DNA of 64,000 nt from Candidatus Latescibacterota bacterium (GTDB taxonomy: Bacteria > Latescibacterota > UBA2968 > UBA8231): assembly GCA_965206595.1 (NCBI GenBank), contig OZ242214.1, positions 992,001 through 1,056,000 of the forward strand. Reading direction: 5' to 3'. The notes under the pieces were generated by a model. That model worked only from the letters and a program-made list of their open reading frames with translations. It did not search any database and was not told the origin of the DNA. The position numbers and the translations under genes were made by a program. This document shows positions 33,057-42,647 of this stretch, piece after piece. How positions within the stretch are numbered: the first letter of the stretch is position 1; each line of letters begins with the position of its first letter.

Positions 33057-34133
33057 TTAGCCCTCCGGCAGCACCTCGCGAAGTACGCGCAGGTAGTTGC
33101 CCCCCATGATCTTCGCGGTGTCCTCCTCGGAAAAGCCGTCCTCGAGCAGCGCCTCGGTTATCCAGGGAATGATCGCGGTATTGAAGTGCGTGCCGATGCC
33201 GACGCCATCCGCCCCCATCAGGTCGACGGCGTAGCGGATCAGCTTCAGGGTCGCCTCCATCTCCTCGTCGTCGACCCACTTGTACGGGGCGTCCTCCTCC
33301 GGGCGCCCGATGGACGGCGTGATGCCGAGCATGCCGCCGTTGGCCGCCAGGGCCTTCATGACCTCGTCGGGAGTGCTGCGCGGGCTCGGGTCCTCCTCGA
33401 GGGCGCGCGGGCCGGAGTGGGTGTCGATCACCGGTTTCTCCGACACCTCGATGGCGTCGAGGGCGCAGGGGTCGTTGGTGTGGGCCAGGTCGATGAGGAT
33501 GCCGCAGCGGTTCATCTCCTCGATCATGCGCACCCCGAGGGCGGTCATGCGCCCCCCGGACCGCAGCTCGTCGGAGACGTCCCAGCCCAGCTCGCGGGTC
33601 GCCTGACCGATGGTGATCATGCGCAGCCCGAGGCGGGCGAACTGGCGCAGCGCCCCCGGGCTGTCGCCGAACCAGTCGCTGCGGTTGGCCCCCATGAGCA
33701 CGGCGATGCGCTCGGGGTCGGCCAGGGCGCGGTCGAGGTCGGCGGCGGTGCGCACCAGGATCACCTTGTCCGGGTTCTCCTCGACGTTGCACAGGAAGCG
33801 GTCGAGCACCGTCAGGCAGAGCAGGGTCGGGCTGTTGATGGCCATGCTGAGGTACATCGGCTCGCTGTCCGGGCGGCCCGGGCGGTAGGTGGGATCCTGG
33901 GGCCAGGCGGCGTCGAAGTTCATCTCGGGCACTGCGGCCCCTCCCTTGCACATCACCACTTTCAGGCCCCAGTCCCTGAACTTGGGGAAGTCGCCGCGGC
34001 GGGAGGTCTCGTCCCTCTTGCCGAGGTCGATGTCGGAGACGGTGAAGCGCGGATGGCCGAGGTTGAGGGCGAGCAGGTCGGCGATCGGGTGGTCGCGGTG
34101 AAAGCGGCGGGTGCGCTCCGAGATCGAGTTCAT
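33057..34133 (-). CDS. Membrane dipeptidase (M19) family
   Basis: MNRCGILIDLAH, PVIDTH, GGMLGI, KIMGGNYLRV. Confidence 0.85.
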   Translation of the reverse strand: MNSISERTRRFHRDHPIADLLALNLGHPRFTVSDIDLGKRDETSRRGDFPKFRDWGLKVVMCKGGAAVPEMNFDAAWPQDPTYRPGRPDSEPMYLSMAINSPTLLCLTVLDRFLCNVEENPDKVILVRTAADLDRALADPERIAVLMGANRSDWFGDSPGALRQFARLGLRMITIGQATRELGWDVSDELRSGGRMTALGVRMIEEMNRCGILIDLAHTNDPCALDAIEVSEKPVIDTHSGPRALEEDPSPRSTPDEVMKALAANGGMLGITPSIGRPEEDAPYKWVDDEEMEATLKLIRYAVDLMGADGVGIGTHFNTAIIPWITEALLEDGFSEEDTAKIMGGNYLRVLREVLPEG

Positions 34134-35035
34134 CGCTTTTCCGGGAACAGCGAGGTGTCAACCGGCATGAGCCGGAAGTCGGATAAGAATTCACCCATGC
34201 AGTACATCTGGACGTCGCCGGTCATGCTCCAGAAGGCGTCGGAGGTGGTGTTGCTGGTGTCGGCGTCGATGAAGGACCAGGCGAGGCCGATGACGGCGTC
34301 CTCCTGCAGGTCGTGGAGAACGCTCTGCTCCGGCCCGTCCGGGTGCAGGTCGTCGAACGGGGTGAGGTAGCACTCGTAGGTGACGGTGCCGGCGGAGCCG
34401 TGCTCCCCGGGAAAGCTCCAGCCGACCGCGGACCAGGCCTCGTCCTTCGTCCACAGGGGCTTGCCCCAGTACCAGTGCCAGTAGTAGCCGTTCAGCGGCG
34501 GCATGTAGAGGTGGTAGTTCTGCGTGAAGGCGCTGCGGTAGCGCAGCTCCCGCTCGTCGTTTTCCGAGAAGCCGACGACGCGCTCGGCGCCGTGGTCGGC
34601 GTCGATGACGATCTCGAAGATGTCGGCCCCGTGGACGTTGGAACCGGTCAGCCGCGACAACGGGAGGTCGAGCGAGTCGGGGTTCTCCTTGTGAAAGCGG
34701 ACCACGTCGTCGTACACCTCGGCCATGAAGTAGAGGCGGTTGAGCTCGTCGTTCCAGGCCGCGGCGGCGCGCACGATGTTGAGATCGGCCGGGTTGTGCT
34801 CGAGGCTGGTCTGCTCCTTGTGCTGGGTGTATTTCTCCAGGTCGAAGATGTACTGGGCAGGCAGCAGGTCCCAGTCGCTGAGGTCCCCGTCCATCACGGG
34901 AACCCGGTCCCGGGGGAACTGGAAGAGCGGGTGCTCGGTGTCTTCGGGGAAGTGGGCGGCGGCCTGTGAGGCGAACAGGGCTGCGGCGGCAAGCAGGGGC
35001 AGGCGCCGGATGCCGGCGCGGACGCGAGGGTTCAT
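34130..35035 (-). CDS. Secreted protein, CBM9/DOMON-like
   Basis: Signal peptide; PVMDGDLSDW, AWNDELNRLYF..VYDD. Confidence 0.55.
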   Translation of the reverse strand: MNPRVRAGIRRLPLLAAAALFASQAAAHFPEDTEHPLFQFPRDRVPVMDGDLSDWDLLPAQYIFDLEKYTQHKEQTSLEHNPADLNIVRAAAAWNDELNRLYFMAEVYDDVVRFHKENPDSLDLPLSRLTGSNVHGADIFEIVIDADHGAERVVGFSENDERELRYRSAFTQNYHLYMPPLNGYYWHWYWGKPLWTKDEAWSAVGWSFPGEHGSAGTVTYECYLTPFDDLHPDGPEQSVLHDLQEDAVIGLAWSFIDADTSNTTSDAFWSMTGDVQMYCMGEFLSDFRLMPVDTSLFPEKR

Positions 35036-35637
35036 GGGGTTTCTCCGAGGTTAATCCGCGGCAGGGCCGCCCGCACCGCGGCGGCGACGGCGCGCCCGAG
35101 AACCTCGTCCCCGGCCGCGGTGAAATGGACGCCATCTTCGGCCAGCAGCTCCGCGGCGCCGCCCTCGACCACGGCGGCGTGCAGGTCGTTGACGGCGACC
35201 CCGAGCCCGGCGGCGACCTGGGCGGCCGCGGCGTTGTAGGCGGCGACGTCCTCGGGAGTTCTGTTGACCCCCTTGGCGGTCGCGAGCTGGCGCCCGAGGT
35301 CGACGGGGGTGGTGAGCCCCAGGATGAGGGCTGCACTGGTTTCCCGCTGCAGGGTCTGCAGGATCCGCTCCAGGTTGGCGCGGTACTCGTCGAGGGGCAC
35401 GCGGTTCTCGGGCCCAGGTCCCGGGTCCCGGGCCATGTCGTGGAGGCCGGCGTTGAGGTGGACGATATCCGGGTCGCGCGAGATCACCCACTCGTCGAGA
35501 TGGGCGAGAATGTTGCGGGTGTTGCCGCCCTGGACACCCCCCATTTCTATCACCTCCGCCCATCCTGCCAGCTCGCGGACGGCCACAGGTTCGTACCCCT
35601 TGCGAATCGAGTCGCCGACAAGGATCACTGTTTTCAC
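35032..35637 (-). CDS. SGNH/GDSL hydrolase
   Basis: LVGDSI, NAGLHD, DGVHF. Confidence 0.85.
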   Translation of the reverse strand: MKTVILVGDSIRKGYEPVAVRELAGWAEVIEMGGVQGGNTRNILAHLDEWVISRDPDIVHLNAGLHDMARDPGPGPENRVPLDEYRANLERILQTLQRETSAALILGLTTPVDLGRQLATAKGVNRTPEDVAAYNAAAAQVAAGLGVAVNDLHAAVVEGGAAELLAEDGVHFTAAGDEVLGRAVAAAVRAALPRINLGETP

Positions 35638-36542
35638 GTGAGCGTATTCTCCTCTCTGTTGCTGATATCCTGTTCGAGTTCGGGATGGCTGGGGCGGCTG
35701 TCTCTCAGGCCGGGCCCGGGGATGCGGTTCCACTCAATCGGTTCGGCGCCGCCGCCGTACTCCGGCAGGAGGTGGGCGATGCGGGCGCGCGCAGCGGCCG
35801 GCCATGCATCGATTTTCCTCTCCGTTACGATGTGGGTCCGGATGGACTCGGGCAGCGCATCGAAGGCCGGGAAGTACCACAGGGTGATGACGGTGCGGCG
35901 TTGCGCGGAATCGTTGGCGTGCGCCGAGTGCAGCAGCCGCGAGTCCCCGATGACGAGGTCGCCGGCCCGCACCGGCACGTCCACGGCCTCGTCCACTGTC
36001 TGGTACACCAGGCTGCGGGGATCTTCCATTTCCCGCAGCGCGTCCGTGTGGGCGTCGGGGACCGCGTCGTGCAGGCGGTGGCGGATGAGGTGCGATCCGG
36101 GAATCAGGCGCAGGCAGCCGTTTCCGGGGGCGGTGTCGACCGTGTAGTACATCAGGAAGACCTGCTGCGGCACCGGGTCGCCGTAGCTGACCGGGTGGTT
36201 CCAGCCCCACCAGTCCTGGTGCCAGAACAGCGGCGGGCTCTGCGGCGGCTTGCTGATGACGAACCCCGACCACCACTTCGGGTGCGGGAAGCCGAGGCTG
36301 CCGAGGGCGGCGATGGCGGCCGGGCAGCGCACCAGCTCGGCGAAGGCCGGGTCGTCGAACACGGAGATCATGCTGCCGGTCGACTTCTGCTGCTCGAAAT
36401 GCTCCGGCGGCTGCCCGTCGAGAAGGGCGTCGGAGATCTTCCGGGTCTGCTTCAGCAGGTCGCAGTCGAGGATTCCCTCGAACAGGCAGAACCCGTCCCG
36501 CAGCAGCTGCCGGCGTTTGTCGGTGGCGGTAGCGGTCGTCAT
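35634..36542 (-). CDS. Phytanoyl-CoA dioxygenase (PhyH) family
   Basis: WHQDW, NGCLRLIPGSH, LLHSAHAN. Confidence 0.88.
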   Translation of the reverse strand: MTTATATDKRRQLLRDGFCLFEGILDCDLLKQTRKISDALLDGQPPEHFEQQKSTGSMISVFDDPAFAELVRCPAAIAALGSLGFPHPKWWSGFVISKPPQSPPLFWHQDWWGWNHPVSYGDPVPQQVFLMYYTVDTAPGNGCLRLIPGSHLIRHRLHDAVPDAHTDALREMEDPRSLVYQTVDEAVDVPVRAGDLVIGDSRLLHSAHANDSAQRRTVITLWYFPAFDALPESIRTHIVTERKIDAWPAAARARIAHLLPEYGGGAEPIEWNRIPGPGLRDSRPSHPELEQDISNREENTLT

Positions 36543-36628
36543 ATTGGTGGCTCCGAGAGCGGGAAAATAGTCCAAAGGCGGACGGCAACAACCAGAACCG
36601 GGGCAACCCCAAACCAGGCAGGCGAGAG

Positions 36629-37735
36629 ATGAGCAGACAGTACAGGGCGGCCGTGATCGGCCTCGGCCGCATGGGCAGCACCTTCGACGACGAGATGACG
36701 CGCGGCGGTTCGATCTATCTCCCGTACTGCCACACCCCGGCCTTCGTCGCCTCGCCGCGTACCGAACTGGTGGGCGGCGCCGATCCCCACGAGGGGCAGC
36801 GCTCGATCTACGCGGAGCGCTGGGGCATGCAGGGGCACGTGTACGCCGACTACCGGGAGCTGCTCGCAAAGGAGCAGCCGGAGATCGTCAGCGTCTGCAC
36901 CACCGCCCGTGTGCGGGCGCAAATAGTCGAGGAAGTGGCCGCCTCGGGGGCCCGGGCGATCTGGGCGGAGAAGCCGATCGCCCTGACCCTGGAGGAGGCG
37001 GACCGCATGGTCGAGGTCTGCGCCGGCAACGGGGTCGCCCTCGCCGTCAACTGCGCCCGCCGCTGGAACCCCCACTACACCAGCGCCCGCGAACTGATCG
37101 CCGCCGGCGAGATCGGCGAGCTCCTGCAGGTGACGGCGTACGCCCAGTGCGGGCTGTCGCACAACGGCAGCCACGCCATCGACGCGATGCGCTACCTCGC
37201 CCTCGACGGCAACGTCAGCTGGCTGTTCGGGGAGCTCGAGTCGGACGCCGCGGCCGCGGGGGAGGAGGATCCCCAGGGGAACGGCTACTTCGTTTTCGAC
37301 AACGGCGCCCGCGGCTTTCTGCGGGCGATGCCGACCGGGGCGGCGACGGCATGGGAGTTCGACGTGCTGGGAACCGAGGGGCGGGTGCGCCTGCTGGAGC
37401 AGTCCCTGCAGTTCGAGCTGTGGAAGTCGGTGCCGGGAGGTCCGCGGGGCCGCCCTCAGCCGGCGCGGCTGCCGTTTCCCTACCCGACCCGCATTCAGGG
37501 GATGGGGCTGACCATCGTCGACGACATCCTCACCGCGGCCGAGAGCGGGGGCAAGCCGCGCTGCTCCGGCGCCGACGCCCGCCACGCCCTGGAGATCGCC
37601 GTGGCCCTGCGCGAGTCCCACCGCCGCGGCTTCACCCGCGTCGACCTGCCCCTCCCCGACCGCTCGCTCGGGATCCTTTCCGCGGAAATCGGACAGGACC
37701 AAAGCCCGGCGCGGGTGCGCCGGCTGCAGGGATAG
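36629..37735 (+). CDS. Gfo/Idh/MocA oxidoreductase
   Basis: AAVIGLGRMG, WAEKP, NGSHAID. Confidence 0.88.
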   Translation: MSRQYRAAVIGLGRMGSTFDDEMTRGGSIYLPYCHTPAFVASPRTELVGGADPHEGQRSIYAERWGMQGHVYADYRELLAKEQPEIVSVCTTARVRAQIVEEVAASGARAIWAEKPIALTLEEADRMVEVCAGNGVALAVNCARRWNPHYTSARELIAAGEIGELLQVTAYAQCGLSHNGSHAIDAMRYLALDGNVSWLFGELESDAAAAGEEDPQGNGYFVFDNGARGFLRAMPTGAATAWEFDVLGTEGRVRLLEQSLQFELWKSVPGGPRGRPQPARLPFPYPTRIQGMGLTIVDDILTAAESGGKPRCSGADARHALEIAVALRESHRRGFTRVDLPLPDRSLGILSAEIGQDQSPARVRRLQG

Positions 37736-37785
37736 CCCGGAGCCCCACCGCCCCGAACCGCTGCCGCGGCGAGGGCAGGGTCCCG

Positions 37786-38232
37786 TCAGTCCGAGATTCC
37801 GAGCAGCTCGATCTCGAAGATCAGCACCGAGCAGGGAGGGATCTTGCCGGGCTTGCCCTTCTTCTTGTAAGCGAGATCCGGGGGGATGGTGAGCTTGGCC
37901 TTGCCTCCACCGCTGAGCATCTGCAGGCCTTCCACCCACCCGGGAATCACGCCGGACAGCTTGAACTCCGCGGGGCGGCCCTGCTTTTGGGAGCTGTCGA
38001 ACACGGTGCCGTCCGGCAGGCGGCCCTCGTAGAAAACCCTTACGCGATGGCGCGGTTGCGGCTTGGGGCCGAGGCCGGCCTTGAGCTGCCGGAACACGAG
38101 CCCGGACTCGGTGCGCACCGCCCCTTTCTCGGCGGCCGCGTCGGCGAGGACCTTCTCGTTCTCCGGGGTGGCGCAGGGGTCGGCGCAGCCGCCGGCCAGG
38201 GCCAGCAGCGGCAGCAAGAGGATCAGCGGCAT
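37786..38232 (-). CDS. FKBP-type peptidyl-prolyl isomerase (lipoprotein)
   Basis: LAGGC; YEGRLPDGTVFDSS, VIPGWVEGL, IPPDLAY. Confidence 0.92.
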   Translation of the reverse strand: MPLILLLPLLALAGGCADPCATPENEKVLADAAAEKGAVRTESGLVFRQLKAGLGPKPQPRHRVRVFYEGRLPDGTVFDSSQKQGRPAEFKLSGVIPGWVEGLQMLSGGGKAKLTIPPDLAYKKKGKPGKIPPCSVLIFEIELLGISD

Positions 38233-38280
38233 GACGGGTCCTCCTGTCGGGAAGTGGGAGGCGGTGTACGGCGGCGGTCT

Positions 38281-39264
38281 TCAGCCGCGGCCGTACACCG
38301 CCTGGATCATGGCGCGCATGAAGCCGGTGGCCAGGGCGTGGCCTTCGCGGCCCCCGCGGTCGCCGGGGATGGCGGGAGTGTGGTCCATCATGAAGGGGCC
38401 TTCGAAACCGGCCTCCCTGTAGGTCTGCATGGCGCGGTACATGTCGACGTCCCCCTCGTCGATGAAGACCTCCTCGAAATGGCGGCGCGAGCCGCGCACG
38501 TTGCGGAAATGGACGTAGGCGATCTTGCCGAGGGCCCCGATGCGGCGGATCGAGGCGAGCACGTCGACCCCCATCTCGGTGACGCAGCCCTGGCAGAAGA
38601 GCATGGCGTTGCTGTCGCTCGGCGCCAGCGCGAAGATGCGCTCGTACTGCTCCAGGGTGGAGACGATGCGGGCGGCTCCCCCCATCGGCTCGGGAATCGG
38701 AGGGTCGTCCGGGTGCAAGGCCATGCGCACCCCGCACTCCTCGGCGACCGGGAGGATGCGCTCGAGGAACCAGGCGATGTTCTCCCACATGCCCGCTTCA
38801 TCGATCTGCTTGCCGCGAGAGCGCGGTTCCCACGCCGGCTCGGTCCGCTGCCACTCCTCGTAGTCGAAGGTGCTGTAGTGGGCGCCGCCGCGGCCGACGG
38901 CCGAGGTGGTGCGGAAGTTGCCGATCGGCTTGAAGTTGTAGCCCAGGGTACGGACGCCGGCCGCGGCCATCGCCCGCAGGGCGTCCTTCCACTGCTCGAT
39001 CTTGGCGTCGCGGCCGGGGCGGGCAAGGGTGATGTCGTCGGCCCCCTCGAGGGCGACGTTCATCAGCTTCAGGCCGTGTTTCTCCGCGAGCTCGCGCGCC
39101 GACTTGAGGAAGCCGGCCATCTCGTCGAAAGTCGACAGCTCCCCCTTGTCGTCGGCGGCGAAGTGGAGCGGGTTGATCGTCAGGTAGTCGACGCCGATCG
39201 CCTTGAAGAAGGCGAGATTGTCGTCGTTCAGGCTCCCGTGTCCGAGCTGTTCCTGGATGAACAT
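38281..39264 (-). CDS. Mannonate dehydratase (UxuA) family protein
   Basis: ALHPDDPP, FCQGC, YVHFRNV, MMDHTP. Confidence 0.85.
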   Translation of the reverse strand: MFIQEQLGHGSLNDDNLAFFKAIGVDYLTINPLHFAADDKGELSTFDEMAGFLKSARELAEKHGLKLMNVALEGADDITLARPGRDAKIEQWKDALRAMAAAGVRTLGYNFKPIGNFRTTSAVGRGGAHYSTFDYEEWQRTEPAWEPRSRGKQIDEAGMWENIAWFLERILPVAEECGVRMALHPDDPPIPEPMGGAARIVSTLEQYERIFALAPSDSNAMLFCQGCVTEMGVDVLASIRRIGALGKIAYVHFRNVRGSRRHFEEVFIDEGDVDMYRAMQTYREAGFEGPFMMDHTPAIPGDRGGREGHALATGFMRAMIQAVYGRG

Positions 39265-39266
39265 GA

Positions 39267-40220
39267 CTATTTCTCCATGGCGGCGAGAAGCGCCTGCACG
39301 TACCCGACCGCGTGCGCCCAGGCGATCCTGCGGTGCCGGTCGTCGCCGTCGAAGCTCGGCATGTGGTCGAGCTGGAGGCCGCCGTCGAAGCCGACCTCCC
39401 GCAGGGTGTGCAGCACCGACAGCAGGTCCATGTCGCCGTCGTCGATCGCCACTTCCTGGTAGCCGCCGTGGGTGGGGATCTGGCCGCGGACGTTGCGGAT
39501 GTGGGTGTGAAAGATCTGGCCCTTGCGCCCGTAGCGGCGGATGTCCTCGTGAATGTCGACCCCGGACTCGTAGCGCGTGCCGACGCAGTAGAGCAGGCCG
39601 TTATGCGAGCTGGGGACCAGATCCATCAGGTCGGTCCAGCGCTGCGGGGAGACGTAACAGTTGGAAAGCGGCGGATCCCCGGGGTGGGTGATCAGCCTGA
39701 CGTCGTGGTTCTCCGCGACCGGGACCAGGGCCCGCAGCATCTCGAGGGACCGCTGCCAGTGGTCCTCTATGGAAACCGGCGGGTCCCAGGGCTCGGCGGC
39801 GAAACTGGCGTTCATCCTGTCGGCGCTGAAACCGCCCATCCTGTAGCCGCCCCGGTGCTCGAACAGGGCGCCGCCGCGATGGCCCGGGTGGTCGAAGTGG
39901 AAGGGGGTCGACAGGAAGGGGATGCGGAGCCGGCCCATGATCTCGATGGTGCGGATCAGGTCGTCGATGTCCTTCTCGCCGCCGGGAAGGCCGAGCATGA
40001 AGTTGCAGGGCTCGTCGGGGGGCGCGAGTCGGTAGAGCCTCAGTCCGGCCCCTTCGATCCGCTCCTTGATCCGTTTCAGCTCATCGGCATCCGGGTAGCC
40101 CTGCTCGATCCAGCCGGGGACGCTCTCGGCGTTGTGGATGTCGATGCCGTCGGCCCCGATCTGGGCGGCGAAGCGCAGGAACTCGTCCGACAGATCGGAC
40201 TGGCGCAGAAGGATCTGCAC
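39267..40220 (-). CDS. Mannonate dehydratase (UxuA) family protein
   Basis: THPGDPP, YCVGT, HIRNVRG, LDHMP; GTG start inferred. Confidence 0.8.
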   Translation of the reverse strand: MQILLRQSDLSDEFLRFAAQIGADGIDIHNAESVPGWIEQGYPDADELKRIKERIEGAGLRLYRLAPPDEPCNFMLGLPGGEKDIDDLIRTIEIMGRLRIPFLSTPFHFDHPGHRGGALFEHRGGYRMGGFSADRMNASFAAEPWDPPVSIEDHWQRSLEMLRALVPVAENHDVRLITHPGDPPLSNCYVSPQRWTDLMDLVPSSHNGLLYCVGTRYESGVDIHEDIRRYGRKGQIFHTHIRNVRGQIPTHGGYQEVAIDDGDMDLLSVLHTLREVGFDGGLQLDHMPSFDGDDRHRRIAWAHAVGYVQALLAAMEK

Positions 40221-40540
40221 GACCTCATCCTTTCTGGAGGTTTCCGGTGGCCAAAAGGGTAACTCAATGCAGCAGCAGCCGACACCCGCGCGCCGGCCGG
40301 GGCAGGACCCCCGCAGGGGTTCTTCCGGGCCCGGTATGTGATTCCGGTGACACCTGTGTCGACCAGGTGCCGCGGGAACCCCCGGGGCCGAATGGGGCCA
40401 CGGGTGCGTAACCTCCTGTAAAAAAAGATTTTGTCGACCGCTGCCGCAGAAGTATAACGGGGCGGCACCGGAATTGCCCTGTCGCAGTGAGCCGATTCGC
40501 AAGGAATCGGAACTCTTCACACCAAAAAGGAGACTGCGAC

Positions 40541-41329
40541 ATGAGCCATGCCCGAACCTTATCCATGTACACCAGCCTGCTCCTGGCCTTCCTGGTGGCA
40601 GCGGCCCCCTTCAGCACCCCGGTCGCCGCGGGGACCCCGGGGGAGGTGGTGTTCAGCGAGCTGATGTGGATGGGTAGCGAGTCCTCGAGCGCTGACGAGT
40701 GGATCGAGCTCTACAACCGCGGGTCCTCGGCGCGGGATCTCAGCGGTTGGACCATCACGCAGACGGGGAATGACGGCGAGGAGACGGTGATGCTCCAACT
40801 GAGCGAAGGCAGCATAGCTCCGGGGGAGGCGTTCCTGATCGCCAACTACAATGCCGCGCGCTCGCAGATCAGCGTCGAGCCGGATGTCGTGGCGACCGCG
40901 GTGGCGCTGCCCAACAGCAAGCTGCAGCTGCGCCTCTACGACGGCGACCCCGGGGCGGGCGGAAACCTGGTCGACTCCGCGGATGACGGCAGCGGCGCTC
41001 CCCTGGCAGGGGACAACAAGCAGAAGGCGGCGATGGTGCGGGTCGAGTTCGGCACTGACGGGTCGCTGGAACAGGCGTGGGCGACCGCGACCGAAGCGAG
41101 CGGCTGGGACGACGGCAGCGTCGAGCTGGGAACGCCCGGGAGCATCCCCGAGCGGCTGATGTCGATGTCGACGGGGGGAACAGGGGAGTCGGAGTCGACG
41201 GAAACAGGGACCGGGCCGGAGGGGGGGGAGTCCAGCGAGACCGGCGAGGCAACCCCCACTGCGGTCGAAGGGAGCAGCTGGGGCGTGGTCAAGTTTCGCA
41301 TTCAGCCGCTTGCGGCCGTGGGCGGCTAA
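40541..41329 (+). CDS. Secreted lamin-tail-domain protein
   Basis: Signal peptide; VVFSELMW..DEWIELYN..DLSGW; GTPG; C-terminal TAVEGSSWGVVK. Confidence 0.8.
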   Translation: MSHARTLSMYTSLLLAFLVAAAPFSTPVAAGTPGEVVFSELMWMGSESSSADEWIELYNRGSSARDLSGWTITQTGNDGEETVMLQLSEGSIAPGEAFLIANYNAARSQISVEPDVVATAVALPNSKLQLRLYDGDPGAGGNLVDSADDGSGAPLAGDNKQKAAMVRVEFGTDGSLEQAWATATEASGWDDGSVELGTPGSIPERLMSMSTGGTGESESTETGTGPEGGESSETGEATPTAVEGSSWGVVKFRIQPLAAVGG

Positions 41330-41648
41330 CCATCGCCGCTGTCGGCAACGCCGCGGATGCCGGCCGGCAGAATCCCGTCCCATTCCAGGGGCGGGATTCG
41401 GAAAGAGGGTGGATTCCCCGGGGACCTGTGGGAGAGCCGTGCGCACGATCAGGACCAGGAGCCGTGGTGAAAGTCGCTTCGAGGCGCGCAAACCGGCGGC
41501 CAGAACCGGTCGCAGACCGAGCGGGCTGGTTCACCTGGCTCCTGGCGCCGGCACCGTTCAGCCGGCCACCTGACCGTATCCTTTCCTGCCCAAGGCCCTC
41601 AGCCGGTGTGGTGGGATGAAGCGAATCCGGGCCGCGTCTGTCCCTCAG

Positions 41649-42647
41649 CTATTTTGGAGGGATGGGCGGGGTCCCGGCAGGAATCCCCCTTGAGCACCCG
41701 GCCGGGTTCACCGCGGCGGCTTCGGTGATCTTGAGAGAGGGGACCGAGGTGTCGAGCTCGGCGCGGATCCCGACCGGAAGCACCAGGCGGCGAGGGAAAT
41801 GGCTGAACGGAAGGCCGGCGACGATGGGGAAATCGGTCCCCCGGGCATGCTCGAGGGCGAGCTCGGCCAGGGTCGGCGCTTCCTCCATCTCTTCGGCGGT
41901 GAAGCAGTCCCTGAACTGGCCGAACAGGAGCCCTCCCAGGCGCTCGAGGACACCGGCCAGGCGCAACTGGTTCAACATGCGGTCGATGCGGTAGGGGTAC
42001 TCGTCGATGTCCTCCAGGACGAGCAGGGCTCCCTCGAGCGGCGGGAAGAACGGGGTGCCGAGAAGACTGCACAGCAGGGCGAGATTGGCCGGCACCAGCG
42101 GTCCGCGCGCGGCCCCCGGACGCACCACACCCATGGACTCCGTGGCCTCGGGAACCGTCCCGAGCGGCTCAGGAGACGTCAACAGCGGCCAGAGCGAGGC
42201 CTCGACGAGGGGGTCCCGGCGCTCGCCGAGGTCGAAGTCGGCCAGGGCGCCGTTGAAGACCGCCAGCCGGGCGCGCGAGTAGAGCGCCAGCAGCAGGGCG
42301 GTGGAGTCGCTGAAGCCGGCGACGATCTTCGGGTCGTTGCGGACGGCCTCGTAATCGAGCCGGTCGAGCAGGCGCCCGCTGCCGTACCCTCCCCGGGCGC
42401 AGAGCACCGCCCTGATCTCCGGGTCGGCGAAGACGCGGTTGAGCTCGGCGGCGCGGGTTTCGTCCGTTCCCGCCAGGTAGTAATGCCGGTCGTGAATGTC
42501 GGGAGATACCTCCAGGCGGTAGCCGAGCTGCTCGAGGTAGGCCGCGGCCTCCAGAGGTCCGCGCTCGGAAGCGGGACGCGAGGGGGCCACCAAGGCCACG
42601 AGATCCCCCGGCTCGAGAACACCGGGGCGATTCAGGCCTGCGGACAT
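41649..42647 (-). CDS. ldcA: LD-carboxypeptidase (S66)
   Basis: ARGGYGS, GFSDST, LEDIDE, PFSH. Confidence 0.88.
   Translation of the reverse strand: MSAGLNRPGVLEPGDLVALVAPSRPASERGPLEAAAYLEQLGYRLEVSPDIHDRHYYLAGTDETRAAELNRVFADPEIRAVLCARGGYGSGRLLDRLDYEAVRNDPKIVAGFSDSTALLLALYSRARLAVFNGALADFDLGERRDPLVEASLWPLLTSPEPLGTVPEATESMGVVRPGAARGPLVPANLALLCSLLGTPFFPPLEGALLVLEDIDEYPYRIDRMLNQLRLAGVLERLGGLLFGQFRDCFTAEEMEEAPTLAELALEHARGTDFPIVAGLPFSHFPRRLVLPVGIRAELDTSVPSLKITEAAAVNPAGCSRGIPAGTPPIPPK

Noticed and set aside
36539-39462. Long ORFs of 749 and 771 aa (and similar, e.g. 1072-3255)
   Set aside because: Arg/Pro/Gly-rich shadow frames of real high-GC genes.
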